A DNA stretch of 64,000 nucleotides, from assembly GCA_023665425.1 (NCBI GenBank), contig JAMPDX010000001.1:811988-875987 (forward strand), given 5' to 3'. The translations under genes were made by a program, and so were the position numbers. Below are positions 16,417 to 24,951 of the stretch, piece by piece. Position 1 is the stretch's first letter. Every line of letters begins with the position of its first letter. The notes under the pieces were generated by a model. It worked only from the letters and a program-made list of their open reading frames with translations. It was not told where the DNA came from and searched no databases. The stretch is from Muribaculaceae bacterium (lineage in GTDB: Bacteria; Bacteroidota; Bacteroidia; Bacteroidales; Muribaculaceae).

Positions 16417-16643
16417 AATTTTGTGTCAATTACTAGCCCGCAGAAGTGTTGCTGCAAGCAGATGTAATCCAAATCTCGCAAACGGGATACGAGACAACTC
16501 TAAATGACTATGTCCGTGAACTGCACGGGCATGGTGAATGACCGCCGTTCCATCTCTTTCAGCTTAAGGCTGAATTGCCGGGGAGATGTATCATTCACAA
16601 CAAATCGCCGTTTGAATACATATTGACGATTTGTTTTGCGTTG

Positions 16644-16651
16644 CAAAAATA
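16644..16651 (-). promoter_or_regulatory. Candidate -7 box (TATTTTTG) that could drive the HTH-nuclease island leftward
   Basis: Plus strand reads caaaaata, about 230 nt upstream of the HTH start. Confidence 0.3.
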
Positions 16652-16778
16652 ATAGAAAAAAATCTATCGGCAATATTCCGGGTGTGACAAATATTTTCAC
16701 ACTCGTTGTACCGTTGACGAATTCCGTATAAAATTATGTGATTTTTTCGGAATATTTTGTCGTGTCAGAAAAAAATAC

Positions 16779-16786
16779 TAATTTTG
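16779..16786 (+). promoter_or_regulatory. -7 box TAATTTTG upstream of rplM
   Basis: Exact TAnnTTTG match 110 nt upstream of the GTG start. Confidence 0.45.
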
Positions 16787-16896
16787 CAAGCCGATTATAT
16801 CCAAATCAACAGGGCGGCGTGCGCTTGTATAGGTTTTGGCCGACCTTCAGGCAGACTGTCGCTATGTGTTTAACTATTTAATAATCAATAATTAAA

Positions 16897-17373
16897 GTGG
16901 ATTCTTTAAGCTATAAGACTCTCTCCGCTACTCCCGCTACAATCGATAAGAAGTGGGTGGTGGTAGACGCTACCGACCAGGTGCTCGGTCGTCTGTGCGC
17001 GAAAATCGCTCTGATACTTCGCGGCAAAAACAAACCCGGCTACACCCCCAATATGGACTGCGGCGACAATGTTATCGTTATCAATGCCGATAAGGTGAAG
17101 ATGACCGGTGCCAAGTTTACTGACCGTGTCTATCTGCGCTACACCGGTTATCCCGGTGGTCAGCGTGAGTTCACTCCCGAGACTCTGATGAAGAAGAGCT
17201 TCAAGGTGCGTGCCAACGGCCGTCACCCCCTCTTCGACAAGGTGGTTAAGGGTATGCTCCCCAAGAACAAACTCGGTGCCCGTCAGCTCGACAACCTCTA
17301 TGTCTACAATGGTGCTGAGCATCCCCACCAGAACGTGAACGCTGAAGTAATCGACATTAACAAAGTGAAATAA
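16897..17373 (+). CDS. rplM: 50S ribosomal protein L13
   Basis: KKWVVVDATDQVLGRLCAKIALILRGKNKPGYTPNMDCGDNVIVINADKV is the L13 hallmark. GTG start. Confidence 0.95.
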   Translation: MDSLSYKTLSATPATIDKKWVVVDATDQVLGRLCAKIALILRGKNKPGYTPNMDCGDNVIVINADKVKMTGAKFTDRVYLRYTGYPGGQREFTPETLMKKSFKVRANGRHPLFDKVVKGMLPKNKLGARQLDNLYVYNGAEHPHQNVNAEVIDINKVK

Positions 17374-17381
17374 GAAGAGAG

Positions 17382-17768
17382 ATGGAACAAATCAATGCAA
17401 TAGGTCGTCGTAAGGCCGCTGTAGCCCGTGTATATGTGTCTGAGGGTTCAGGTGTGATTACTATCAATCACCGTCCGCTGGAGGTTTACTTCCCCTCTTC
17501 AATCCTGCAGTACATCGTTAAGCAGCCTCTGCTCACTCTGGGTGCTGTGGAGAAATATGATATCAAGGTGACCCTGCGTGGCGGCGGTTACAAAGGTCAG
17601 GCAGAAGCACTGCGTCTGGCTATAGCCCGTGCGCTGGTTAAGATTAATCCTGAGGATAAGTCAGCCCTCCGTGCTGAAGGCTTCATGACTCGCGACGCAC
17701 GTTCTGTAGAGCGTAAAAAGCCCGGTCAGCCCAAGGCTCGCAAGCGCTTCCAGTTCTCAAAGCGTTAA
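17382..17768 (+). CDS. rpsI: 30S ribosomal protein S9
   Basis: 128 aa ending ...KPGQPKARKRFQFSKR. Follows rplM as in the conserved operon. Confidence 0.95.
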   Translation: MEQINAIGRRKAAVARVYVSEGSGVITINHRPLEVYFPSSILQYIVKQPLLTLGAVEKYDIKVTLRGGGYKGQAEALRLAIARALVKINPEDKSALRAEGFMTRDARSVERKKPGQPKARKRFQFSKR

Positions 17769-18011
17769 TCTTCAGAGAGCTTGAAAGCAGCTTGAACTTA
17801 TTGAAATATACGGCAGAGTGTCCTTCTTGGGACACCCTGCCAATTCAAGTATATTCCTCTCTTGCCCTCAATCCTCTCTTGCCTCAAAAGAGTTTAGTAT
17901 CTAAATCTGCGGGATGGACACGTTCCCTACCCGTAAGGTTTCATTGGCATCTCCATAATGAAATCTGCAAGATTGTTTTTTTAAAGAACGTAAACAAATT
18001 TTTCAAAACAA

Positions 18012-18845
18012 ATGGCAACACCCACATTTGACCAACTTCTGGAAGCAGGATGCCACTTCGGCCACCTGAGACGCAAATGGAACCCCGCTATGGCTCCCTA
18101 CATCTTCATGGAGCGCAATGGTATCCACATCATCGACCTTTACAAGACTGCCGCCAAGATTGACGAGGCTGCAGCTGCCCTCAAGCAGATTGCAAAGAGC
18201 GGCAAGAAGGTGCTCTTCGTTGCTACCAAGAAGCAGGCCAAGGAAGCTATCGCCGAGAAGGCCGCAGCTATCGATATGCCCTACGTTATCGAGCGCTGGC
18301 CCGGTGGTATGCTCACCAACTTCCCCACTATCCGCAAGGCTGTGAAGAAGATGGACACTATCGATAAGATGGCTAACGACGGCACTTTTGACAACCTATC
18401 AAAGCGCGAGAAACTGCAGATCACTCGCCAGCGCGCCAAGCTCGAGAAGACTCTCGGCTCTATCGCCGGTCTGGTACGTCTGCCCAGTGCTCTCTTCGTA
18501 GTCGATGTAATGAAAGAGCACATCGCAGTAGCCGAGGCTAACCGTCTGGGTATCCCCGTATTCGCTATCGTGGATACAAACTCAAATCCCGACAATGTAG
18601 ACTACGTGATCCCCGCAAACGATGACGCTACAAAGAGCATCGAGCTCATCCTCGACGCTGTAACTTCTGCTATGGCTGAGGGTCTCGAGGAGCGCAAGAT
18701 TGAGAAGATCGATACCCCCGAAGACAAGGAAGAAGGGGCAGCTCCCGCTCCCGGCAAGCGTCGCCGCGTACGCCGCTCAGAGAAGCCCGCTGAAGCTCCC
18801 GCAGCCGAGGCTACAGAGACTGCAGAGGCTCCCGTAGCTGAGTAA
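18012..18845 (+). CDS. rpsB: 30S ribosomal protein S2
   Basis: LLEAGCHFGHLRRKWNPAMAPYIF and the rest of the sequence are typical S2, with an acidic/Ala-rich C-terminal extension. Confidence 0.95.
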   Translation: MATPTFDQLLEAGCHFGHLRRKWNPAMAPYIFMERNGIHIIDLYKTAAKIDEAAAALKQIAKSGKKVLFVATKKQAKEAIAEKAAAIDMPYVIERWPGGMLTNFPTIRKAVKKMDTIDKMANDGTFDNLSKREKLQITRQRAKLEKTLGSIAGLVRLPSALFVVDVMKEHIAVAEANRLGIPVFAIVDTNSNPDNVDYVIPANDDATKSIELILDAVTSAMAEGLEERKIEKIDTPEDKEEGAAPAPGKRRRVRRSEKPAEAPAAEATETAEAPVAE

Positions 18846-19006
18846 TACGTATCAAGCACACGCTATACAAGTAAGCAACAAAAGTGCCACACAAGGCGTT
18901 TTCTTGTGTGGCACATATTAAAAACTTTGAGGGATGTAGTCGGCCCCAAAGGGATGACAATCGTCAGCCACGGGAATGGCACATTCTCATCAACCAAAAT
19001 AAGAAA

Positions 19007-19999
19007 ATGGCAGTATCAATTGAAGATATCAAGAAACTGCGCAAGATGACCGGCGCAGGTATGATGGATTGCAAAAATGCTCTGGCTGAGACCGAGGGCG
19101 ATCTGCAGGCAGCCATCGAAATCATCCGTAAGAAAGGTCAGGCAGTAGCCGCCAAGCGTGAGGACCGTGACGCCGCTGAGGGTTGCGTACTCGCAGGTGC
19201 CAAGGAGGGCTTCGCTGCTATCGTAGCTCTGAAGTGTGAGACAGACTTCGTTGCCAACAACGAGTCATTCCGCGCTCTGACAAAGAAGATCCTCGAAGCT
19301 GCTCTTCTGGCTTCAGCCAAGAGCCTCGACGAGGTTAAGAACATCACTATCGATGGCCGCACTATCCAAGAGCTCATCACAGATGAGATAGGCCGCACAG
19401 GTGAGAAGATGGAGCTCGGTGCTTACGAGTATGTCGAGGCTCCCACAGTAGCCGCTTACGACCACTTCAACCACAAGCTCTCCACCATCGTTGGTCTTAC
19501 TGAGGCCGGCATCGATGAGACTGTAGGTCGCGAAGTAGCCCTCCAGGTAGCCGCTATGAACCCTGTAGCTGCAACTCGCGAGCAAGTAGACCAGGCTGTT
19601 ATCGACGAGGAGTACAAGGTGGCTGTTGAGAAGACTAAAGAGGAGCAGATCCGCAAGGCTGCCGAGGCTGCTCTAAAGAAGGCCGGCCTTAACCCCAACC
19701 ACTTCGATAGCGAGGACCACATCGAGTCAAACATTGGCAAGGGTTGGATCACAGCAGAAGAGGCTGAGAAGGGCCGTGCCATCATGAAGGAGGCTGCTGA
19801 GAAGAAAGCTGCTTCACTACCCGAGCAGATGATTCAGAACATCGCTAACGGCCGTGTCAACAAGTTCTACAAGGAGAATGTACTCGTAGAGCAGGAGTTC
19901 CATCGCGACCCGAAGATCACTGTCGGTCAATTCCTCCAGAGCCAGAAGGATGGCCTGACCGTTCTGACCTTCAAGCGCGTTAACCTCAACCAGGACTAA
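19007..19999 (+). CDS. tsf: Elongation factor Ts
   Basis: From ATG 19007: MAVSIEDIKKLRKMTGAGMMDCKNALAETEGD. The track ORF begins at an upstream alternative start (18884) that I reject. Confidence 0.95.
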   Translation: MAVSIEDIKKLRKMTGAGMMDCKNALAETEGDLQAAIEIIRKKGQAVAAKREDRDAAEGCVLAGAKEGFAAIVALKCETDFVANNESFRALTKKILEAALLASAKSLDEVKNITIDGRTIQELITDEIGRTGEKMELGAYEYVEAPTVAAYDHFNHKLSTIVGLTEAGIDETVGREVALQVAAMNPVAATREQVDQAVIDEEYKVAVEKTKEEQIRKAAEAALKKAGLNPNHFDSEDHIESNIGKGWITAEEAEKGRAIMKEAAEKKAASLPEQMIQNIANGRVNKFYKENVLVEQEFHRDPKITVGQFLQSQKDGLTVLTFKRVNLNQD

Positions 20000-20017
20000 T
20001 ACACGATTATCATAGTG

Positions 20018-20049
20018 AAGCCCGACTCCATCCGGAGCCGGGCTTTTTA
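20018..20049 (+). terminator. Rho-independent terminator of tsf
   Basis: agcccgactcc-atcc-ggagccgggct followed by TTTTT. Confidence 0.75.
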
Positions 20050-20051
20050 TC

Positions 20052-20778
20052 GTTTGTCCGACAGGGGCATAATTTAATGGGGGCAAGTCCCTAATGCGGC
20101 CTAATAGCGGCAAGCTTACAGCCAAAGACAAGCTGCCAATGGCGACATTGGGTGTGAAGGAAGTCGGCGGCAAAGCACTGGCCTGACGTACAGAAACTAA
20201 ACAAGAATACCCTTTGTTGGAACAAATTTTGTCGCCAAGCAATCTCAATGCCGCATACATCAGAAGACCGAAGCCAAGATGCGCCGCCGACTCAAAGCCA
20301 TCACTTCAAGAAGCAATGGAATGGGATATGCCAAACGAAATACCACCCTCAAAGAATATCTGTCAGGGTGGACGGAATATTACAAACTTGCCGACATGGG
20401 AAGCAAAGTCAAAGAGATAGGCCAATGGCTACGCCGCCGTATCCGCATGTGTATATGGAAAGCATGGAAGCGCCCGAGGACGCGCGTGAAGAGCCTAATC
20501 AAATGCGGCATACCGAAGCAGAAAGCCTATGAATGGGGCAACACAAGTCAAGGTTACTGGCACATAGCACATAGTTGGATAGCATCAAGGGCAATGCCCG
20601 ACGATGCACTATACCGCGCTGGCTATGTGTGGATAGGTTGTTATTACAAGGCTTCGGCCTTGCCGAAAGGTTGAGGAACCGCCGTATGCGGAACCGCTTG
20701 TACGGTGGTGTGAGAGGATAAGTAAACATGAAGGTAGGAGATAAACACTCTATGATTAGTGTTCACCTCCTACTCGAT
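20052..20778 (+). mobile_element. Degenerate group II intron: 5-prime end GTTTG..., internally deleted reverse-transcriptase/maturase ORF, domain V-like and terminal hairpins
   Basis: The RT N-terminus LLEQILSPSNLNAAY (20217-) is joined out of frame to a maturase/X-domain remnant. A DV-like 32-nt hairpin accgccgtatgcggaaccgcttgtacggtggt lies at 20678-20709, and a terminal hairpin ggtaggag...ctcctac at 20733-20773. At 727 bp it is far too short for an intact intron. Confidence 0.7.
20279..20674 (+). pseudogene. Remnant of the group II intron-encoded protein; only the C-terminal maturase (X/GIIM) domain remains
   Basis: KAITSRSNGMGYAKRNTTLKEYLSGWTEYYKLADMGSKVKEIGQWLRRRIRMCIWKAWKRPRTRVKSLIKCGIPKQKAYEWGNTSQGYWHIA is the characteristic maturase-domain pattern. 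No RT palm motifs (YADD) are present. Confidence 0.75.
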
Positions 20779-20791
20779 TGATGCAGTCGGT

Positions 20792-21331
20792 TTACATATT
20801 GATTTGGCTGAGAATGTCAATGGGTATTTGGCCCTGCATGTCGATTACGTTGTATTCGCCGGGCTCGCTGCATACCACTATCATGCGTGAATAAGAATTG
20901 CCGTCGGCAGAGGTTACTATATAAATCTGAGTGTATTCGTTGCCTTCTTCCTCTTCCATAGCGAGCTCCAAATCGGGAATGGCTTTGATTGCTTTCTCGG
21001 CAAGCGGTTGTAGATATGCAACCGTCTTTTTAGAGTCGGCGGTTACCACCTCCACACTGTTCAGGTATCTTATGAAGTCTCCCACGTTGAATTTCCCGGC
21101 GGCCAACTTCAATCCCATATTGTTATCAGATTGTCCATTTTCTGCTGATGTTTCCATTGTAGTATCGCCAAGCCCGTTGGCTACCATTCGCAAAAGAGCC
21201 TTGCCTACATATACGGAGGTCAGGTTATCGTTTTTCTCCAGATTGGGCAGCAATCGGTTGGCTGCATATGCGTTGGAGGCGCAGATACCAAGCAACAGGG
21301 TGCAAAGTAATGCAAGAATTTTCTTTTTCAT
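20792..21331 (-). CDS. Secreted DUF4252-like protein (179 aa)
   Basis: Signal peptide MKKKILALLCTLLLGICASNAYA. LTSVYVGKALLRMV resembles DUF4252 proteins that accompany ECF sigma factors in Bacteroidetes. Assignment is tentative. Confidence 0.6.
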   Translation of the reverse strand: MKKKILALLCTLLLGICASNAYAANRLLPNLEKNDNLTSVYVGKALLRMVANGLGDTTMETSAENGQSDNNMGLKLAAGKFNVGDFIRYLNSVEVVTADSKKTVAYLQPLAEKAIKAIPDLELAMEEEEGNEYTQIYIVTSADGNSYSRMIVVCSEPGEYNVIDMQGQIPIDILSQINM

Positions 21332-22038
21332 ATTGTAACTAAATTATTTAAAGTATTCAAATTTTCGTGAAGTATGGAGAGAGCATCGGCAGATTTCTGT
21401 TCTGCCGTTTCCGCACATGAGGCGAGCAGCTCATAGGTCCCGGTGAGCAATGCGAGGGCTTCTTCCGGGTCGGTTATTTCGCGAGTTTGAAGCACTTCCG
21501 GCTCGGCTACTTGGGCAGCTCGTTTCGGCTTGGCGGATTTTATAGCCACGGTCGGTTGCTTTACAGCGGTGGGTGCGGGAGTCGCGGTTTCAGCCTCAGC
21601 CTCTTTCTCAACAATCGGCTTAATGTCAACTCGTTTCCCCGGCTTCGGCTGAACTTGCGCCAATTGCGGCGTTGCCGGTTCGAGTTGCATTGCCGGCTTC
21701 TCCGGGGATTTCATAAGCCATATCCCGGCACCTGCTATCAAGGCGACCGTTGCGGCTGCCGAGCAAACCTTCAACCAATTGAATTTGTGCTTGCGTGTGG
21801 GGGAGGCGGTGAGATTATCCAAAAACTGATTGAACTCTGCCGAGCAAGCTTTCGGTGCTGAAAAGCTCTCCAAGTCAACCACCATCTTAACATCGCGGCG
21901 AGTCTGCTCATCGCAGTTTGCGAAATCAACGGCCTTTGCCAACGCGAGCAATTCCTTCTCCTGCCCACGGGAAGTGTCTCCCTCGAGCCACAAGGTAAAT
22001 AATGCTTTGAAACGCTGTATGTCAGTTGTCTTTTTCAT
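21328..22038 (-). CDS. Putative anti-sigma factor (single-pass membrane protein)
   Basis: Overlaps the sigma gene by 17 nt. One transmembrane segment (WLKVCSAAATVALIAGAGIWLM) is followed by a Pro/Ala/Lys-rich extracytoplasmic part. Confidence 0.55.
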   Translation of the reverse strand: MKKTTDIQRFKALFTLWLEGDTSRGQEKELLALAKAVDFANCDEQTRRDVKMVVDLESFSAPKACSAEFNQFLDNLTASPTRKHKFNWLKVCSAAATVALIAGAGIWLMKSPEKPAMQLEPATPQLAQVQPKPGKRVDIKPIVEKEAEAETATPAPTAVKQPTVAIKSAKPKRAAQVAEPEVLQTREITDPEEALALLTGTYELLASCAETAEQKSADALSILHENLNTLNNLVTI

Positions 22039-22495
22039 ATAGTTCTCTCAATTTTTTGCGTGCGCGAGAAATCAGTTGGCGCACATTGTCCTGTTTAATA
22101 TTCATTCTCGCAGCTATTTCCTCATATTCCAAGTCATCTTCTTGCCGGAGCAAGAACGCCTGTCGCTGCATGGGAGGAATTAGGGCGAGCAGAGAATGAA
22201 TGTAGTCCGCTTCATCGACTGAGGATTCGGCACTCTGTTCGGAGTCGGCGGCTTCGAGCGACTCGAAATATCGGCTTGTTCGCAGTCTTGATTTGGCCGA
22301 GTTATACACCGCTTTCAAGCAATAAGCAATCGGATTGTCTGCCCGGTCAAGTCCGGCGGAGTGCTCCCAAAGATGAATGCAAACCTGTTGCACCAAATCG
22401 TTTGCCTCGTCCGGGTCGGAGAGCAGACTCTGTGCCCTTCGCATCATGGGAGCGTAAGCCTTCCTCATCAATATTTTAAACTCCTCGGCCGTCAC
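22022..22495 (-). CDS. ECF-type RNA polymerase sigma-70 family factor
   Basis: Region 2 (ANDLVQQVCIHLWEH) and region 4 HTH (YEEIAARMNIKQDNVRQLISRARKKLRE). GTG start. Confidence 0.85.
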   Translation of the reverse strand: MTAEEFKILMRKAYAPMMRRAQSLLSDPDEANDLVQQVCIHLWEHSAGLDRADNPIAYCLKAVYNSAKSRLRTSRYFESLEAADSEQSAESSVDEADYIHSLLALIPPMQRQAFLLRQEDDLEYEEIAARMNIKQDNVRQLISRARKKLRELYEKDN

Positions 22496-22499
22496 CTCC

Positions 22500-22910
22500 T
22501 CAGTCCATTATGCTGATGTTGTTCAGGATTTTGTTGTTGCCCTCAATGTACATTATAATAAGCGGCGGCTCTTCCTCTTGTTGAATTACGAGCACACATT
22601 CCACCATGTCAGTTCCGGTAGGCTCCACATACATCTGCAAGGTGTTGTCTTTCTCAATAATATCCATGGCGAGAGACTCCTTGTCCCATGTATTTACAAG
22701 CCGGAGTGCATCGGCAACTTTGTCTGTGTCAATCATAGCCATGCTTGCGGAAGCCAGGTCCGCAGCCTGCATATTCAACTGTTCCGCCGGCATATCAATA
22801 GCGAGAGCCTCGGTAGCCTTGACCAAAGATTCGTAATTGTCTTTGACCGAACCGGCCTGAACCGATAAACACCCGGCCAATGCGCCGATAAGTAAAATTC
22901 CCTTTTTCAT
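22500..22910 (-). CDS. Small secreted protein (136 aa), possibly DUF4252-like; first gene of the ECF operon
   Basis: Signal peptide MKKGILLIGALAGCLSVQA. Separated from the sigma gene by a 4-nt gap. Confidence 0.6.
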   Translation of the reverse strand: MKKGILLIGALAGCLSVQAGSVKDNYESLVKATEALAIDMPAEQLNMQAADLASASMAMIDTDKVADALRLVNTWDKESLAMDIIEKDNTLQMYVEPTGTDMVECVLVIQQEEEPPLIIMYIEGNNKILNNISIMD

Positions 22911-23012
22911 AATTTTAATCCGTTTACATATATAAGACGCGCCGCTTCCCCCTTTTGTGACACGATGCCCCCCAAAAAATTGCGTTTAAACAAATGGTCG
23001 TGTATTTCAGCC

Positions 23013-23276
23013 TGTGGATAGGTTGTTATTACAGGGCATCGGCCTTGCCGAAAGGTTGAGGAACCACCGTATGATGCAAGGTTTGTACGGTGGTGTAAGA
23101 GGACAAGTAAACACGAAAGTAGGATACAAACACTCTATGAATAGTGTTTACCTCCTACTCGCTGTTCGCCCGACATGGGCATAATCTAACGGGTGGAAGT
23201 CCCTAACGCGGCCTAATAGCGGCAATCGTACAGCCAAAGACAAGCTGCCAATGGCGACATTGGGTGTGAAGGAAGC
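23013..23276 (+). mobile_element. Group II intron junction fragment: the last 149 nt of an intron (23013-23161) abutting the first ~113 nt of an intron (23164-23276)
   Basis: 23013-23161 aligns with 20628-20776 at the same length and about 85-90 percent identity by eye. 23164-23276 aligns with 20052-20163. Confidence 0.75.
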
Positions 23277-23355
23277 TTATGTTATAAATAACAAACCTCG
23301 GACACACGCGGCGAAACCGTGGACGTCCGGGGTTTGATTATCATAGGGATATTTC

Positions 23356-24762
23356 TTACTCTTCGGGAAGGAACATGGGGTCCCAAGCAGGGAGCATCAC
23401 GGGCTTTCGGTTGAGCAGCTGAAGGGTGGCTTCAGGCACATATTTCTTGTCGGCTACCAGGCGGAACATATACTCGTCAAACCAACGGTCGGTCATTATA
23501 AGGTGCCCGTTGTTCGGGCCGTCGCCCCAGCTATTTTCCACCATCCACTTTATGGGGGTGCCATTCTCATCAAGGTCAACAGCCATAAGTGTCATGGCGT
23601 GAGATGATGCACTGGCGTAGGTGCGTATTCGGTCAGCCTTATCCATGCCAAAAGTTGTGCCCATCAGTGACTCATAGTCAAAATTGTCGGGGTCGAGCAA
23701 GCCTCGATTGCGATCCAGATATTTGCCTACATCGCATGAGAAATACATCATGGTGCTGTCTTTAATGCTCTCGATAGCCACCTGCTTGATTTCCTCGATA
23801 GGAAGATTGATGTATGTCCAGTTTTTGCCGTCGTATGTATGGCGGTCATAATCTATCTCATACACCTCGAAGAAGGGGCGTGAGGGGTCGTTCATCAGCA
23901 TCACATAGTTGTTTTGCAAATCATTGCCGGCATAAGTTTTATAAAACTCTTGCGGGGTGTATTCGCGTGTGTCCACAGCCTTGCCATCCTTGTCGCGGCG
24001 TGTCCATGTGAACTTTGTGGGGGGCTCCCCGATAGAGAGGGCGAGCATACGATATATCTCCCTTAGCATCTCCTGTTTGCGCTCATATAGCTTCTTCTCG
24101 CTCACTTTGCCGGCGAGCTTGCGCAGCTCCAGGCCATCTTCGCGCAGCTTGAGCGAAAGCAGATTATTCAGTCGGGTGGTGTTCTCTGCAGAATAAGACT
24201 CCATCATAACCTCAGAGGGTATGACACCATATTTGGTGACGATATCAGCCACACCTGTGAACTGGCCGCCGTCGCTGAGCGGGTGCTGAAGGAGCCACTG
24301 CACCATCAGGTCGTCCATTGGCTTGGAGGCATTGTCAATCATCCCTTGCAGGAACAGGTTTGACTTCTCGAGCTGGTCATAAAAGAAGTTGTAAGCATGC
24401 GATAGTTTGAGCTCCGGCAGGTTATGCTCGGCCATCATCTGTGAACGGAGCACGTTAAGGCCGGTGAAGAGCCAGCACCGCCCCGATTGCTTCTGGTTGG
24501 TGATACCCTTGCTCTCTACACGATGCGAGAAATGGTCATCAAAATTGTTTTTGTTTTCGGCGTTCACTGCCAGCACATCAATAGAGTTGGAGGCTATGGC
24601 ATTGCGTATAGCCTTGTTGCTCGCATCCTTGTTGTAGGTGGAGCGGAAAGATTCGAGCATATCGGCCGATACACCCTTATTGGCTTTTGTTTCAGCGTGA
24701 AGCAGTATACATCCGGGCGCCATGATGAGCCCCAGAGCTACTATTCTGTTAAATTTGTTCAT
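23356..24762 (-). CDS. pepC: Aminopeptidase C / bleomycin hydrolase-type C1 cysteine peptidase
   Basis: QKQSGRCWLFTGLNVLR active-site Cys and C-terminal VENSWGDGPNNGH. Start chosen at ATG 24762 (MNKFNRIVALGLIM, signal-like). Confidence 0.9.
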   Translation of the reverse strand: MNKFNRIVALGLIMAPGCILLHAETKANKGVSADMLESFRSTYNKDASNKAIRNAIASNSIDVLAVNAENKNNFDDHFSHRVESKGITNQKQSGRCWLFTGLNVLRSQMMAEHNLPELKLSHAYNFFYDQLEKSNLFLQGMIDNASKPMDDLMVQWLLQHPLSDGGQFTGVADIVTKYGVIPSEVMMESYSAENTTRLNNLLSLKLREDGLELRKLAGKVSEKKLYERKQEMLREIYRMLALSIGEPPTKFTWTRRDKDGKAVDTREYTPQEFYKTYAGNDLQNNYVMLMNDPSRPFFEVYEIDYDRHTYDGKNWTYINLPIEEIKQVAIESIKDSTMMYFSCDVGKYLDRNRGLLDPDNFDYESLMGTTFGMDKADRIRTYASASSHAMTLMAVDLDENGTPIKWMVENSWGDGPNNGHLIMTDRWFDEYMFRLVADKKYVPEATLQLLNRKPVMLPAWDPMFLPEE

Positions 24763-24796
24763 GGTATGCAAGTATAAAGGAGGTACAAATTTTTTG

Positions 24797-24804
24797 CAAA
24801 AGTA
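24797..24804 (-). promoter_or_regulatory. -7 box TACTTTTG upstream of pepC
   Basis: Plus strand reads caaaagta. Confidence 0.4.
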
Positions 24805-24883
24805 ATAAAAAATCCAAGACACTCCAAGAATATATTTTCTTCGGCAGAATGGTGTAGAGTTTGCGGTATCCGAAAATTTTTCT

Positions 24884-24891
24884 TAATTTTG
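24884..24891 (+). promoter_or_regulatory. -7 box TAATTTTG upstream of the PBP1A gene
   Basis: Exact consensus match 60 nt upstream of ATG 24952. Confidence 0.45.
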
Positions 24892-24951
24892 CAAATTAGA
24901 ATATTTTGATGCCGTCTATAGAGCGCGGCAACTTCATATTACTATCTGACA

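Noticed and set aside
16500-16700. A 66-aa minus-strand ORF in the island / rplM spacer.
   Set aside because: It has no recognisable motif, begins upstream of the only candidate promoter box, and lies in AT-rich non-coding DNA.
18884-19006. An N-terminal extension of tsf in the track; similar extensions occur for pepC, tilS, the fucosidase, secE, the NYN gene and the 52420..53220 ORF.
   Set aside because: The extensions start at alternative codons and run through promoter or terminator hairpins or the neighbouring gene. Internal ATGs give canonical N-termini or signal peptides.
20214-20420. A 68-aa + strand ORF at the start of the intron remnant.
   Set aside because: Only its first ~16 residues resemble an RT N-terminus. 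The rest is out-of-frame read-through across the internal deletion, so it is treated as part of the pseudogenised intron ORF.
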